Below, piece by piece: positions 27,301 to 40,907 of a stretch of DNA of 64,000 bases. A model generated the notes under the pieces. The model searched no databases. It had not been told where the DNA came from and saw only the letters and a list, made by a program, of their open reading frames with translations. Position numbers and translations under genes: made by a program. The first letter of the stretch is position 1. Every line of letters starts with the position of its first letter. The stretch is from Trichoplax sp. H2. Its lineage: Eukaryota. The DNA is taken from positions 1 to 64,000 of the forward strand of contig NOWV01000244.1 of assembly GCA_003344405.1 (NCBI GenBank). The letters run 5' to 3'.

Positions 27301-30300
27301 AGATATCCACTCTCCTATGTTTGATAGCTTTTGCTTTCGTACCATATCCGAACATCATTTCCTATTTTAATGTATTATCGACAGCACTGTTTGAACATTA
27401 TTCATCAGTGATTTTTTCGATTTATGTCAAATCAGCTAAGCCTAATAAATACAGTAGGCCTGCTACGGTACTATGTTTCCTAAATTATGGAATTAAAGAA
27501 AGTGTTGTTGCTCACAGCATTTCAATGTTATATGTTTTGTCGATTATAGTACAGTGTGTCTACTGATTACGAGACTTTTAGAAAAGTAGTTGTTAAGCGT
27601 TACAGTAGATATAGTACTAAATCTTTCGATAAATTGGACTAGTAATCTGTAGAAGCAACTCAAAGTAAGTACTTTACGTTGACTAGACTAGTAGACTTGT
27701 CAGGAAGTAGTCAGTGACAAGGCCATATATCAAGCGCTAGCTATTGTATAAAAAGCCATACTACTTTACAAAATTTTGCCTTGTATAATATCCGCATAGG
27801 CATTAATTTTAATTGAACACCCACGAAGATTTTCATCATTCATCATAAATTTTACAAATATCATATTTTTATTTTATTATCTTACTGCATATAACTATTC
27901 CTCTCGTATTTTGGCACCTTGAATTTTATCCATAACCATACTGTAGTAAATTAACGGGCATAGATTCTCGCCATTCCTTAATCAATTTGCAATGATGATT
28001 AATATGAGCAAGAGGTTATGCAATTTTTTTCAATTTTTTTCTAATTTATGGATCTCATTTTGTTCATTTTAAAGAATTTGCAAGTCATGAAATATTCATG
28101 CAAAGCCGTGGCAGGCAGGTTCTCGGTAGAAAAAGTGAGATCCAATCTGTTGTTCATTATGTTACTACTGCAAGCAATCAAGCCTCGGAAGATGATAATA
28201 ATGATCAGTTAAAGACTTATTCTAATGATACGGTTTCACCGTTAGTTATTACTGGTGCATCTGGTATGGGTAAATCGGCATTAATGTCAGCTTGTGTATT
28301 GACTTTGCAAAAGGTAAATGAATTCGTAGGCGTTAAGCTTTACAAAATATTTTTATTAACATGATCGCTTTTTCCATTTGGCTACATTAATTTTTTATTA
28401 CCTTTACTCAATAGATGAATTTCGACGTCTTTTATCACTTTATTGGAGCTTCTCCTAGCTCAACGAGTGTTCATGAGATGATTTTGAGAGCTTGCTTTTA
28501 TATGAAGGATCGTTATCGCGGTAAATAAATATGAATTTCGCATTTCCTATTTCGACTTTCTAATTTTATCATTCATAAAAGACATTAAGCGGTACGGTCC
28601 TGGTATTTTGATAGATGATTTCAAAGATTGATAAAATTCTGGATCTAAGTCGATTAATATTAATTCAGATAATTAATTGAATATTTGAAATGTTTTACCG
28701 CGAAAATTTCTAACATAGCCTACCTGGAAATGGCAATGTTTTTATTCGATTATGTTATGAAGTTAATCAAGCGCCGTGTACTAATTGTTCTCACATTTTA
28801 TATCATATCAAATTTTTAGAAAAGTTAAAAGCAAGTGATGAAGATATAGACAGTTTGAGCCGTATTTCAACATCAGAACTATTTCACTATTTTCGTCAAT
28901 GGACGGAAGATATTGCGACCGCCATCACTTCACCATTTGTGCTTATTTTTGATGCCCTAAATCAGGTAGAATACCAAACCTAGTGAATTTATTTGTATCA
29001 CTGATATTATTAGCTTGTTAATAGTATACAGTGATCATTCAATTAATATATAGTTAGGAAACTGTGATCTAAGTTGGTTACCCAAGAATTTACATGGAAA
29101 AGTAAGAATTTTATTTAGCGCTATCGATGGAAGTGCTGAACTGAGCAAACTGATGGAGCATCCACTGCAACTGCAGCAACTTCAGCTAACGCAATTGGAT
29201 ACTAATGCAAGGAAAGAAATTGTCGTCCACATATTAGCTCAATATCGAAAAGTAATTCAAGATCGATTACCTATTTGATGGACTGATTTGTATAGTTATA
29301 AAATCAGCAGATATAAATCTTTATTGATATTCCTAATATTTTCTCACAATTTCGATAGTCTCTAGATCAGATTCAGCTTGATTTGTTGACATCATACCCT
29401 GCCGCATGCAATCCATTATGGCTTGCATTAGCATGCGAAGAGCTGCGAGTTTTTGGAATATTTGAACAAGTTACCGACAAGATTAAAAGATTTTCAGGTG
29501 CTTGAGATTAAGTTTAACTTTTGATAAGTATATTCTTAATCAGTCATTCTTATACTGTATTCTATTGCTGTAACTGGTTTGTTTTCCAGTATTAATATTA
29601 ATTTGTGTATGTGCTAAATATCGTTTGAGAGTATAAAATTTTTCACGATCAGAAATCAGCTAATCTCGAAATATTAATGGATATTTCTACCACAATTGCA
29701 TTAAGGAGTAGTTTTTGTTTGCTGCGTACTTGAATATTTACTAATTGACTAATGGGCTTTTATGTGTGTTGAATAATGTTTTACAGAAACCTTAGAAGGT
29801 TTACTAAAAGATATTTTGGAACGTATTATTAGTGAAGATAACTATGGCATAGCCAAAAAGGTGAATGGCAATCAAATGTAACAATGCTTCGTTAGTCGAT
29901 CCATTATTTTAACTAATTATATTGAAATCATCAAACATGAGAGTAATGATATTTATTAGAAGCCAAGATTGTTTGCTTATGTATAAGATATCATACATAT
30001 TAGAGATTTATTATATTGTTTCATAATTAATAGGTCATTTTACTAGTTACCCTAAAAGTGTCTAGCGTAATAGCCTATTTCGCTTCTTGGTTAGAAATTA
30101 CGTACTTTTGTTAAAAGCTCTAAACCTAGGTTGTTTGCTTTCGTACTAGATATTATGTCTAATAGAGACTTCTAGGCATGGACTATATGAAATCGAATTA
30201 AAGCAAGTATTAAGTCAATTAGAAACCTTACCTATGCTTGCTTGGGCGCAAGCTTATCGAGCGTTAAAGCCTTTCTTAAGGAATTACCAAAGCAATCAAG

Positions 30301-31680
30301 GAGTCGCCGTCCTAGATTTTTTTCATCGCTCAATTAGCAAGGTATTGGATATTTAAATATAGCATAATTGAGGTAATATCGTCTTAAACTATTATGAATA
30401 AAACTAGGAATGTTTTACTACGTGATAATTCTTACAGAATAAGCAAATTGCAACCATCTCATTACTTATTAAATATTATTTCATCAATCCTAGTTTTAGC
30501 ACATAATTCAGTGCAATTATGAAAAGCTCTTATTGCACATTAAATAAGAAATATCCAACTTCTAACTAATACGTTATCACATTTTATTATTCGTGAATAG
30601 TTATGCAGATGAATGTATACATATACATTAAATTAATCATTATTGCATTGCCAATTCTCCTTTCTTTCAATTTTAGACTGTTCGAAATGACTTCCTACAA
30701 AACGATAGAGCAACTGTTAATAGCTATCGGAAAATGTTAATTGAGTACTTTGAAAATAGTTGTTCCGATCTTGAACGTATATGTCTAGAATTGCCTTATC
30801 AATTATTTGAAATTGGCGAGAAAAAAAAATTAATTGAGTTTATACGCGGTAAAAGGTCTGTTCATATGCCACAGCATCAAAAACAATCGTATTTAAGGGT
30901 GAGACTTACTCGATAGCTTAAAATATTTGATGATAATTACGTATAGTTTCATATTTAAAATGGTGTAACTGAGAATAATCAGTTAATTGATAAAAATTAA
31001 TTAAAGACTTTGGTAGTTAAGAGAATTAATTATCTACTGATCCAGCAATTAAATGCACCAGCTTAGCTTGGCTAAGTAGTAATCCAATACATAATTTAGT
31101 AGCAAAAGGCAAAGATAAATGCTATAGTTTCGCGCTTAATTACCCGAGATGCAAATGCTAGATACATCTCTTATATCGAAATAGAGATTGCCATATTAAT
31201 GTTAAGATATACTATGATCATGATTAATTTTAATGCCATTTTCCATAATATTAAATATAGAATTGTATAATACAATGTAGAAAATGTAAATTATTATCGT
31301 CAATAGTTTGAGGATGGCACTTTCTACTGGATAATGTCTTTTCACTTTTATTTTCTTAGCGACTCCGATGTCAAAATTTTTGCTTCAAGAAAGAAAAGCA
31401 AGCAGTAATTTGTCATATGTGCCAGTATAAAACCAATGGCCTTGGTCAAGGTCCATTTTTAAATCGTGATGCTTGTATAATCTGCGGTGGATTTGTATCA
31501 TCTCAAAAATCACCAGTTTACTATTGCATGAGACATAATCCCCATCCGTTACCTCATTGGAATAAATGTGCTATTTGCTCAAAGCAAGTTCAAACAAATA
31601 CGCCTGGTATGAAACCAGTCGATGCTAAAGTTTGTATGATGTGCTATGGAAATGGTTCAATGTGTGCAACCATAGGCTAA
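24400..31680 (+). CDS. TEP1/NWD-like STAND NTPase: low-complexity N-terminus, DUF4062, NACHT, helical domain and C-terminal Cys/His-rich (PHF5-like) domain; ~14 exons
   Basis: DUF4062: IRIFVSSTFSDYHSEREVLVKK|VFPELREWC..DCDLRWGV..CLEEIDRC..FFINMLGDR|YGWTP. Walker A PLVITGASGMGKSALMS (exon ~28075-28313). Walker B FVLIFDALNQ (~28935-28964). Also NPLWLALACEELRVFG, LDFFHRS and ELPYQL. The last exon 31360-31680 joins in phase 0 and carries CxxC/CxxH pairs. Confidence 0.9.
25604..25830. repeat. Three ~77-bp tandem units in NACHT gene intron 1
   Basis: atcattgatt..tacaatttgaa..tcaa units start at about 25604, 25681 and 25757. Confidence 0.85.
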
Positions 31681-33028
31681 CAAAGTTAGAGATTGTCCGC
31701 CAGACAATGGCTTAACACTGCTATAGTTTAAATTTAGCTGTGCATGTATATAGATATACTTATATATATATATATGGTATGCCTAGAGCAGGTACTATCG
31801 TAAATTCATAAGTACGCTATTTAAAATATGTTAACGATAAATAATAATTATACTATCTTATAAAATGCTAGAAATTTCATAGCTTACTGTCATAGAATTG
31901 ATAATAGCAAACATACACAACTAAAATTTTTCTTGTTAATCAGCTGCGTATAAAATTTTTATGGATATGAAATAATCAATTCTTAGTAGGCATAAGTTTG
32001 TAAATAGCTCACCTGCTCGCAGTACTTCGTGATTACTGTTAATAATCAACTTTCTCGCTTTTCTTATTGAATTATTTTATCGAAAAGAGACAGATATGTC
32101 CGAAACAATGGAGTGTCAGGGTTAAGTATATTAGCTTAGGCATGATACTGTAGTGAACGTAAACGTTTACTGCTAGGTATCATGATCGATTATTGCCAAG
32201 AATTTCTAAATAAGTTATTTAAATAAAACATTATTCGCGTTGTTTGAAGAATCTGTATTAACGGGTTAAATTTGTATAGCTAAGGAAAAGTTAAAGCTTT
32301 TATCATGCTACAGAAAATATCGTCTCAATTTGCGAAATGAAATAAAAACGACTTTACCAAGGTTATTTATCGAAGCAGTTTTACATGCCAAATTTAAAGG
32401 TTTGATGTTTCTATGCGTAACTGTGGTCAATCACTATTGCTAGAATAATACAACGGCACCTATGCACATTGTGTGCAGTAATATGGATAAACTACAATGT
32501 AGCAATTGTATTCGAAGCTAATTCGTATAGTTAGCCGAAATGCAGACAGCGCAACATATGCCAAAAATTTAGGACATTTTTTTTTATTCAACTCGTATAC
32601 TCGTATACGAAGACGTATAATTTAAAAAAAATAAGAATGTGAGCAGCTAGTAGAAATTTTTGCAAATTTATTAATCATCGTTTAATTTTTGATACACTAG
32701 TAACTAAAATGCAAATTTTAGGAACCAGTAAAATCTGAAAATAATATTTATATTCAACATAGCTAATATAAGGAAAGTAAGCGAAAATATTCGATTTCTC
32801 GAGAAATGATAAACCGATTCGAATCAGGAGTAACATGATCATAAGACCGGAACATATTACCCCAGTTTTTATAATACTTATACATACATACAAGTAAATT
32901 TCACAATTAACGTATGCAACTTTTACATTTAAATCGAAACAAGATAATGAAAAAATTGTAGCAGATATAGAATGAAAGGTTAAACTTCTCCGATACAATT
33001 TTTAAATCTATATAACAGAAATACTTTG

Positions 33029-36000
33029 TCATGACTGATTAGACGTAGCATCCACAACCGAAATAGTATAGCAAAGAGGATCTGCTACACTGGATGGCAA
33101 AACACGGATTTGGCAAGCTCTGCTACAATTACACACTTCTCCGGGCTTAAAAGATCTTACTATGGTATTATTAGCTAACTCCGGAATATTACTTGAAGCT
33201 TGACGTTGTAAATGCTGCTTTTGTCTTTCTACATAATTTAAACCACTATAACTGATAGAACTTTTCAACTTTGAAGAAGCTTCCGGTTCAATGCTTTCTC
33301 TTGATGAAACTGAATCGACTAAGACTGTTCTGTGATCAGATAATGGATAAAATTCGAATTCTTCACTAGAACTCAGATTGATCTCATTCAAAGAGTTGTG
33401 TGCTGTAAGTTTATTTCTAGGATTACTGCTTTCGGCTATACGTGCATCATTATTTTCTGAACCGCTAGCTTCTATCATTTCTTGAATTGACAAAAAGGAT
33501 GAGTTTGGAGTTAAGCTGGAAGATAATTTTGGATCCGGCTGTACTGCATTGACGGTTTCAGTTGTAGTTAGGCCTTGATTGCTAACAGATTTTTCTAACG
33601 ATTCTGAATGAGTGCTTTTCTGACGTAAATACTGTATATAGTTTGGATTATATTTGCACAATTTAACAAATGGCATCGGAAGATTACCACTAACTAAGGG
33701 AACAACCATTACAGATACAGAAACAGTGGCACCAGGAACTTGTGGTATCGTGACTATTCCACAATTTCGCCCGCACACTATCCAAGATGAAGTATTTACT
33801 TGGATTGAATATAACAGGTGATAATGATCTATTGGGGATTCAGAATTTATTGTACTATTATCATTAGCATGTTTCTTTCTCGCATCTTTGATTTCAATCT
33901 GTAAATTGCACGGCAAACCAACAACAATGGAATCACAATTTGTATCCGGATGGATAAAACTGTTAATGGTATATAACATCTACCACCAAAATAAATCGGA
34001 TATTAGAACAATAGACATTCATACAGTAATAATACAAGATTCTTTCTATTACCTGCACGTTGGCTAAACTTAACCTATATATAAATTGAAATGGTTCGAC
34101 GTTCCTATTAGCTTCACTCTGTATGAAAATTGCATAATAATTAGTAGAGCCCTATATAATATCAATTCTAACGTGAAGTAGGATGGTCACCTTTTCATCT
34201 ACCATACTATAGTCAACAAGTAGCGTACATATCTGCTGCAGTTTCTCATTCGATAGCTCTAATGACTCTGTGTCTTTTAAGAGAAACAATAGAGTTTGCC
34301 AACATTAAATTTATTGTGCGTTAACGACTTAAAATTAAACAGAACAGGAATAAATTCTTAGATACTATATTACCATTATTGTTATACGCAACTTGCCAAA
34401 GCAGCGAAAGGGTTTGATTTGGATGCAATTTCTATACATCATAAACAATATAAAGGTTAAAAACCCTACAAGACAAAGAATCGAATTTGCTCTGACTTTC
34501 CAGTTACTCACAATATTGCCTGATTTCTTAACCGGAATTAAGTTGATTAATGTTGCATTATCGCCTCCGCTCGCTATTGAATTTGCTTTTAAACTAGCTT
34601 CTTTTATATTTATAATTGTCGGCAATACTGCTTGTAATATGATATGAACAAAATTTCTAAATAGATGGGAAGGCAAAGAGACCGTTAAAGCATAGACTGT
34701 AATGACGGTAAACCTGAAATAGAATGGGGAATATCTATACAAACCTGATGCCTGTCAGTTGCAGCTTTTGTTTCAAAATGAACGGTTCATAAAATATTAA
34801 GGTAATGATACAACTATACGTTGGTGGTAACCAAAGGCAACGAAGGAACAACTACAAATATTTGGAACAGTATAAAAAAATTTAACTTGGTTCATTTTAG
34901 ATTATGCAAGTCAAGACCTACTACCTGGTGTGAGTACTTTACCAGCGGATCTTTATCAGCTGGTTTTCGATCAGTTTGAGTTCGACAAGATACTATAGAC
35001 AAAGCTTGATGAGCTAAAAACTCCAAATCGAAGCTAATTTCTGCATAACTTTCGCAAGCAGGCAACGTTACTAATATTTCAAAGCTATCTTGCATTTCTT
35101 TGCTATTGATATCTAAATCTACGACCACGCTCTCATCTGTAATTGTAAATACAGGAATAATTTCGTATGCATAACTATTAGCCTTCAAACATTTTAGAAA
35201 TGATGTATTCATAATTTACAAATGGTCGCATCAATTGTTACTGAACACTACACTAATTACCAATTGGTTGATCGTGAAGACGTTTCTTAGCACTATATGA
35301 AGGCTTCGGAATGAATTTTAAACCTGTGCTAGAACATAATTTCAGTTGTGAACCAGACGAAATTGCAGTAGAACCATTAATTAATTTCACGTTAGCGTTT
35401 TGCTTTGCACCGGCAATGAATAGTTCTACGAAAAATAAAATATAAATATTTCTAAATATTCATATACTAGTAATTCACTTTTCATTCAGGTATTTATACA
35501 TAAGCATGATTTTAACCTGATAATTGGCCGTGGCTGGATATATCGATCCTCGGAGGTATAAAGATAACGTTAAAACTGAATTTATCATCTTCAACTCGTG
35601 GATGGACTAAGGTCATCTTTTTATTTATATTGAGACTAAAGGAACGAACTTGATATTCCCCATCTTTACCGATCTAAAGAGCAATGAACGCATTTGGAAT
35701 TATATCTCGGTATCGGCTTACTTATGGGAATACTGTCTCGTTGATAGGTTCAGAAATGAGCCGTGCATAGAAGCAATGAAAGACGTATACAAAAAACATT
35801 CAACACAATATATACCTCTCCAGTTACAATAACTGAGTTGAGTCCTGGTCTTAAAATTGCCTGGTCGCATACCAGATGCTTAAAGTCACTATCATACGGC
35901 TTAATAATGCTGTTACTGTTGTGCTCCGTATCTAGCATTTGAATTATTTGTCTAGTTTTCTTTGCATCTTGGTCGCTTGCGGTGGCATCCAAACTAGACG

Positions 36001-39000
36001 ATTCCGAGTTGTTAAGGTTTTCGTCGCTAACTCGCAGAAAATTAAACATATCAACCGAAAAATCTGATCCAGATGAATGAAGCGAAACTTTATAGTGTAG
36101 CGCTGATAAACTACTGGTAGGAACAGATCGATGTAACTCTTCAGAATCATTGTTTTGTCGCTTTATAGCTAGACTAAGGGCATTGCATTTAATTTCCTAT
36201 TTCAAACATATCGAATATTGCAATTAAAAGTAAGAACAACGATATATCCACGAATAACATAGTCCTACACTATTACCTTGGAAGAATGATTAAAAACGTC
36301 AACACATACACGGATACTACCGAGTGATATTTTATCAGCGTGATCACTCATTAGTTTAATAGTTTTTACTTCCAATAAAGGCATCATCGGGAAGCACATT
36401 TCTTCATCTATAAGTAAATATATCGATTAATCGCTTAACGAATACAAAGGTAATGTAGTGTATTAACTTTATAATATTCAAGATAGTCACTAACCAATAC
36501 CGTCTATGGAATGTTCCAAATGCGAAGAATATTCCAGTCGCTTTTGCTCACTAACATTACAATTCGAACTCAATATGATGCATGACAAAATAAATGTACA
36601 TGGAAGTTAAGGCATGAATAACACATCAAAAATTTTCATAATAAAGCTTTAACTAAAGATAATCTTTACAATCAATGAGCTAAACGCGAATCTATCACAA
36701 AAATCTGACTAAATTTTCACTGAAAGAAAGTTATTTCGTCAAGCAATAGTTTTACTACGTTATACACTTGGTAAAGATATTGTTTTTCTTCCTGCAAGTA
36801 CTTTTCACATTCAGCCAGGATCAATAAAACATCCTCTGCAAGCTTTTTCCAACCCTCTATAACGTAAGTATCAAATGCTTCACGTAGTAAGACTTCAGCG
36901 CGGTCATACATTTCGCATTGTCTATGAAATATCGTAAGCAAACATTAATACTGCTATTGCCATAATTGTGTACGTGCATATAGAATCTAAACGTACATAT
37001 AGAAATTAGCTAGCTCTTTCCCAATTTGTCTCGCTCTTCGTAGTCTACCGACGTGTTTAAAATTTTCTAACGTTTTACAACATAATTCCTAAAAATATAT
37101 ATATATATATAAATACGAAGCCTAATTCTGTAATCATTACGGCATCTTTGAATATTGACAGAATATCACATTCTTACTATATAGTATTTTTGAAATTCCG
37201 ACTTAGAGTTTAAAGCATTGCGCAATTTGGAGTAGGGACTGTTCGGTTCTGTTATATACGTAAAAAATTTCTATATATTTATCTATAGAGATGCAGCAGA
37301 CAAACATGAATATCGCAAGCAAACCGTTGCTCTCTACGGTTATTCCAGACAGCAATTCACAAGCACATTGGAGATGCTCCGACTGTTGTGTCATTTTCGG
37401 TATTAATCCGCACAGTTCACCTAGTACCAACAGCTGATATCGAATATACAGTTATAGGAATGTCAACTTGCCAAAATCATGCCATTGTGTAGCTCACTAG
37501 TATTGTACTTACTTTACTTCGACTACAGGCCCACAAATTGCAGGTATGGACTAAAATGGAGCCATTGATCATAAATTTTGACTCAATTTTATGAAGTAAA
37601 GTCATGCTGGACAAAAAGACCCAGCAAGCGTGAGCGCCAGGTGAAAGTGTTGTCTAAAAATATATTTAATTTATCACTATTGAGTGTGGCCACTAAGAAT
37701 GTAATTATTTAAAGTTTCATTACATAGCTGAAAATTATTACTTAATAGAATAAAAAAATTAACTAGGATATAGTAAGTATTGCATGATTGCAGGCTCTGC
37801 TTGCATACCTTAAGTACCTCCAATTCGTAAGAGCAAGTGGACATAAAATTGAGCAAACTTTCTGCAGCTGTTGCTGGCTGATTAAGTCTGATAAGCAAAT
37901 TACTTTGTCTGGAGAATATATAATTACGAAAGTCTAAAAATGTAACATTTCTTGAAGACATTAACTGAGCCTTGAAATCCTTGTCGTAATGCCATAGTAC
38001 ACCATTCCATGATTTATACTGATTTTCCAAATTATTAAACCATTTTATCGAATCTAAATGGAAGTATGACATTTAATATTAGATATAATTTTACAATTTC
38101 GAATTTAAAATATTCAAACAAACGAGTTGTATCTTTATACTTTTATTTATTGCATCACTGATAAATTCACTTAGCAAGGCATCTAATTCGCGGTACTGAA
38201 TTAAACATTCATCATCCAATCCCATCAATTCATATACAATGGCTAACTCTTCCTAGATAGGATTATAAATTACAAAATGTTTCAATCGTTAAATTACAGC
38301 TCCGCTAATGTGCGTTAGTATGTTGGCATACTTGTAATCTAAAGTAGGTACAATAGTTCCAATTTGCATCATTTCTTTTATTGCGTATCAATCGTAATTT
38401 TTCTTCAAACTGTATGAGATGAGCACTAAATGATATTAATAATAATCTCCTAAGTCTGTTCGTTAGGTAAGTCCAAGATTCTAATGAACGAGGCATTTTG
38501 CTCGTAGGATCTACCAATTGGAAGCATCTATAGGATGCCAATTAATAAGGAATAGCTAAATTTAGCAGGCATAGAACATTTTAATTTAAATTAATTATAA
38601 GAGTATAAATAAAAAAATGTAACCTATCCTGCTGCTTCGTGATGTTGAAATCATTTCTAATCTTATCGTACACAGATGATTTCGTCAGATTTAATTTTGA
38701 CTTCATTCTCGAGCCATCAGCACTAGTAATAAGGATAATGCACCAATCATTTACATCGTAGTTTTTCAGAGTTCTTAACCATTCACTTATTTGCAGTTTG
38801 TGCTTAGTTTTATAGGTATCCAAATCCTGTAATATATAATTCGCTGCTTACAATCCTATCTTTTAGTTGAAGGCAGAAACATGCAGTACCACCTCATAAA
38901 ATATAGACTATTAACATGTAAAATAGTCTACACATATATTTAAAGTAGAGGTGAAAAATTTTATCACAGCGAATAACTCCAGATTACGAAGAGCTCTCAG

Positions 39001-40907
39001 ATTTAAAGATATAGTTAAATGCTATAACTCGAATTAGTTTTCAATACTTGACGTAAAATAAGACGGAAGTTAGGATACTATCAACAGTATCTTACCGCAC
39101 AGTCGGTAACGTAGATGTGGAAGAAAGGCACTTTATAGAGGCTGTATTTGGATTCGTCTTCAATCTTGAGTAAATTTTCATCAAAGACAGCAAAATCAAC
39201 ATTTATGGTGACATATTTCGGTGGAAAGTTGAGGGATCTGAAAAGATAATAATATGTGCGTTGTATCAGGATTATTAATGGTAGGGTAATTATATGGATC
39301 TAAATAAACTATACTGCGGTAATGTTTTAATGTAAGTAAGATACATCATATAAAAGTTATTAATATACATGCATAATGCAGTTGATGCTGCGAATAAACA
39401 CAGATTAATGCCAGGGGCATTTACATTAAGTAGAAATATACATTTAACAGTAAAGGATATTTCCAATTTTTAGACTCAGTCTTAATGATTTGTATTAAAA
39501 TTTGCATCTTTCTAAGCTGAGGTATACAGACATACAAAACATTTGAATATAAAAATATCGCAATATTAACTCGTCATAACAGTACCTTTGAAATTCAATT
39601 TCTTCATTTGGCAATCGAGAACAGAGATGACCATATAACAAGGTATATAGCTCTCGATCTCCAAGACCTAAAATAGTATATCGGTAAAAAAAACACATGT
39701 AATGATGGTAATATTCATAGTATTTAAAACTCGTTTTAATAAATTTAATTCTATGTTGTAAGATTATTGAATGTCTACTATAACCTTGAAATGTTGATGA
39801 TCCAATAATGTTGTAACACGTATAATACATGCTACTTCTGCATTATAAAAGCTCATATATCAAAACTACACTACATTAGTAAACAGGTATCGTTTGCCAC
39901 GTAGCTCCATCCATATGCACTATACGAATATGTTGTGTTAAACTAGGTAGGAGCATTTTACATTAACTAACCTGTAAACATTAGAGTAATTGGCAAGGGT
40001 TTGAAGCGTAATCAAAAAGCCGAAATATCTCATTCTACTTTGAGTTTGTAACTACAAGGTCAAAATGATTAACTAATAACTCCACGAAATGAATGTGTAA
40101 TGCAATGCAAGATAATGATTTGACTGTGTTCAATTTCTACTTGTATACCATGCCGGGTTGGTTTTCTTGCTTATGATATCGCTAAGCGTGCTGAACTATG
40201 ATGTATACTAGGCCAAGTGACTAGTCTACGATATTTTTTTGTCTGGTATAACCGACAGATTACCACAAGAAATCTAATGGAAAAGCATTCTACTGATATT
40301 CTTCTCCATAGTGTATAACAGGGATAACCTAATTAGAATGATGGTGTTAAACGAATAATGCAACTTCCTTCAATGTTCTACAAGACGTATTATTCTCTTA
40401 ACTACACGACCAACTATGCAATATCATTTACCTTTTTGGCCTATATTGGATTTAATACTGTCCCATTATACTGTATTGAACTTCAACATGGATAGAATGC
40501 ACAATGTGTTCTGAAATACTTGATTTCTTGCTTCATGATGTATACTTTAGCGTGAACTATGACGACGTCCAGTACAATTGATTACTTTAGAAAATTAAGT
40601 AATAAGCTAGTCGATTGCTTGTATAGCTGTAACACGTATAATGCATTTACTTCTCTATTATGCAAGATTTATTACGATTCTAAACTACACCAGCCAGCAA
40701 TGTTTTATCATGCTAGATATATGATATAATCATTCTCCCTTGTCTATTTTGCTCATTCTTATCGCATTGTACATTTTCTACGGCATCGTCATCTTGTCTA
40801 TCTTATAACACTTTCTCGAGCTACCTTAACTTACAAAATTAAAGTGATTAACAAACAAGTGTAAAATACTTAGGCGTACATGATACAATAGGCTTGCTTT
40901 CTGCCAT
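33029..40907 (-). CDS. TRAPPC10: Trafficking protein particle complex subunit 10 (TRS130), multi-exon
   Basis: MAESKPIVS|CLGDRELYTLLYGHLCSRLPNEEIEFQR|..PFFHIYVTDC..SVYDKIRNDFN..FEEKLRLIRNKRNDANWNYCTYFRLQ|EELAIVYE..FLDFRNYIFSRQ, ending in WIVCGRNCG..VVPLVSGNLPMPFVKL..QIRVLP. ATG at 40907 follows an in-frame stop. One AT-AC intron at 36596-36780. Confidence 0.93.
36596..36780 (-). other. U12-type (minor spliceosome) AT-AC intron in TRAPPC10
   Basis: Minus strand: exon ..GAA AAA CA|ATATCTTTAC..TGCCTTAACTTCCATGTAC|A TTT ATT TTG. Removal restores the frame (EKQFILSC). The U12 branch site CCTTAAC lies 10 nt from the terminal AC. Confidence 0.85.

Noticed and set aside
24400..31680. Calling the NACHT gene TEP1
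   Set aside because: It has no TROVE domain and no WD40 repeats; only the DUF4062-NACHT core is shared, so no symbol was assigned.
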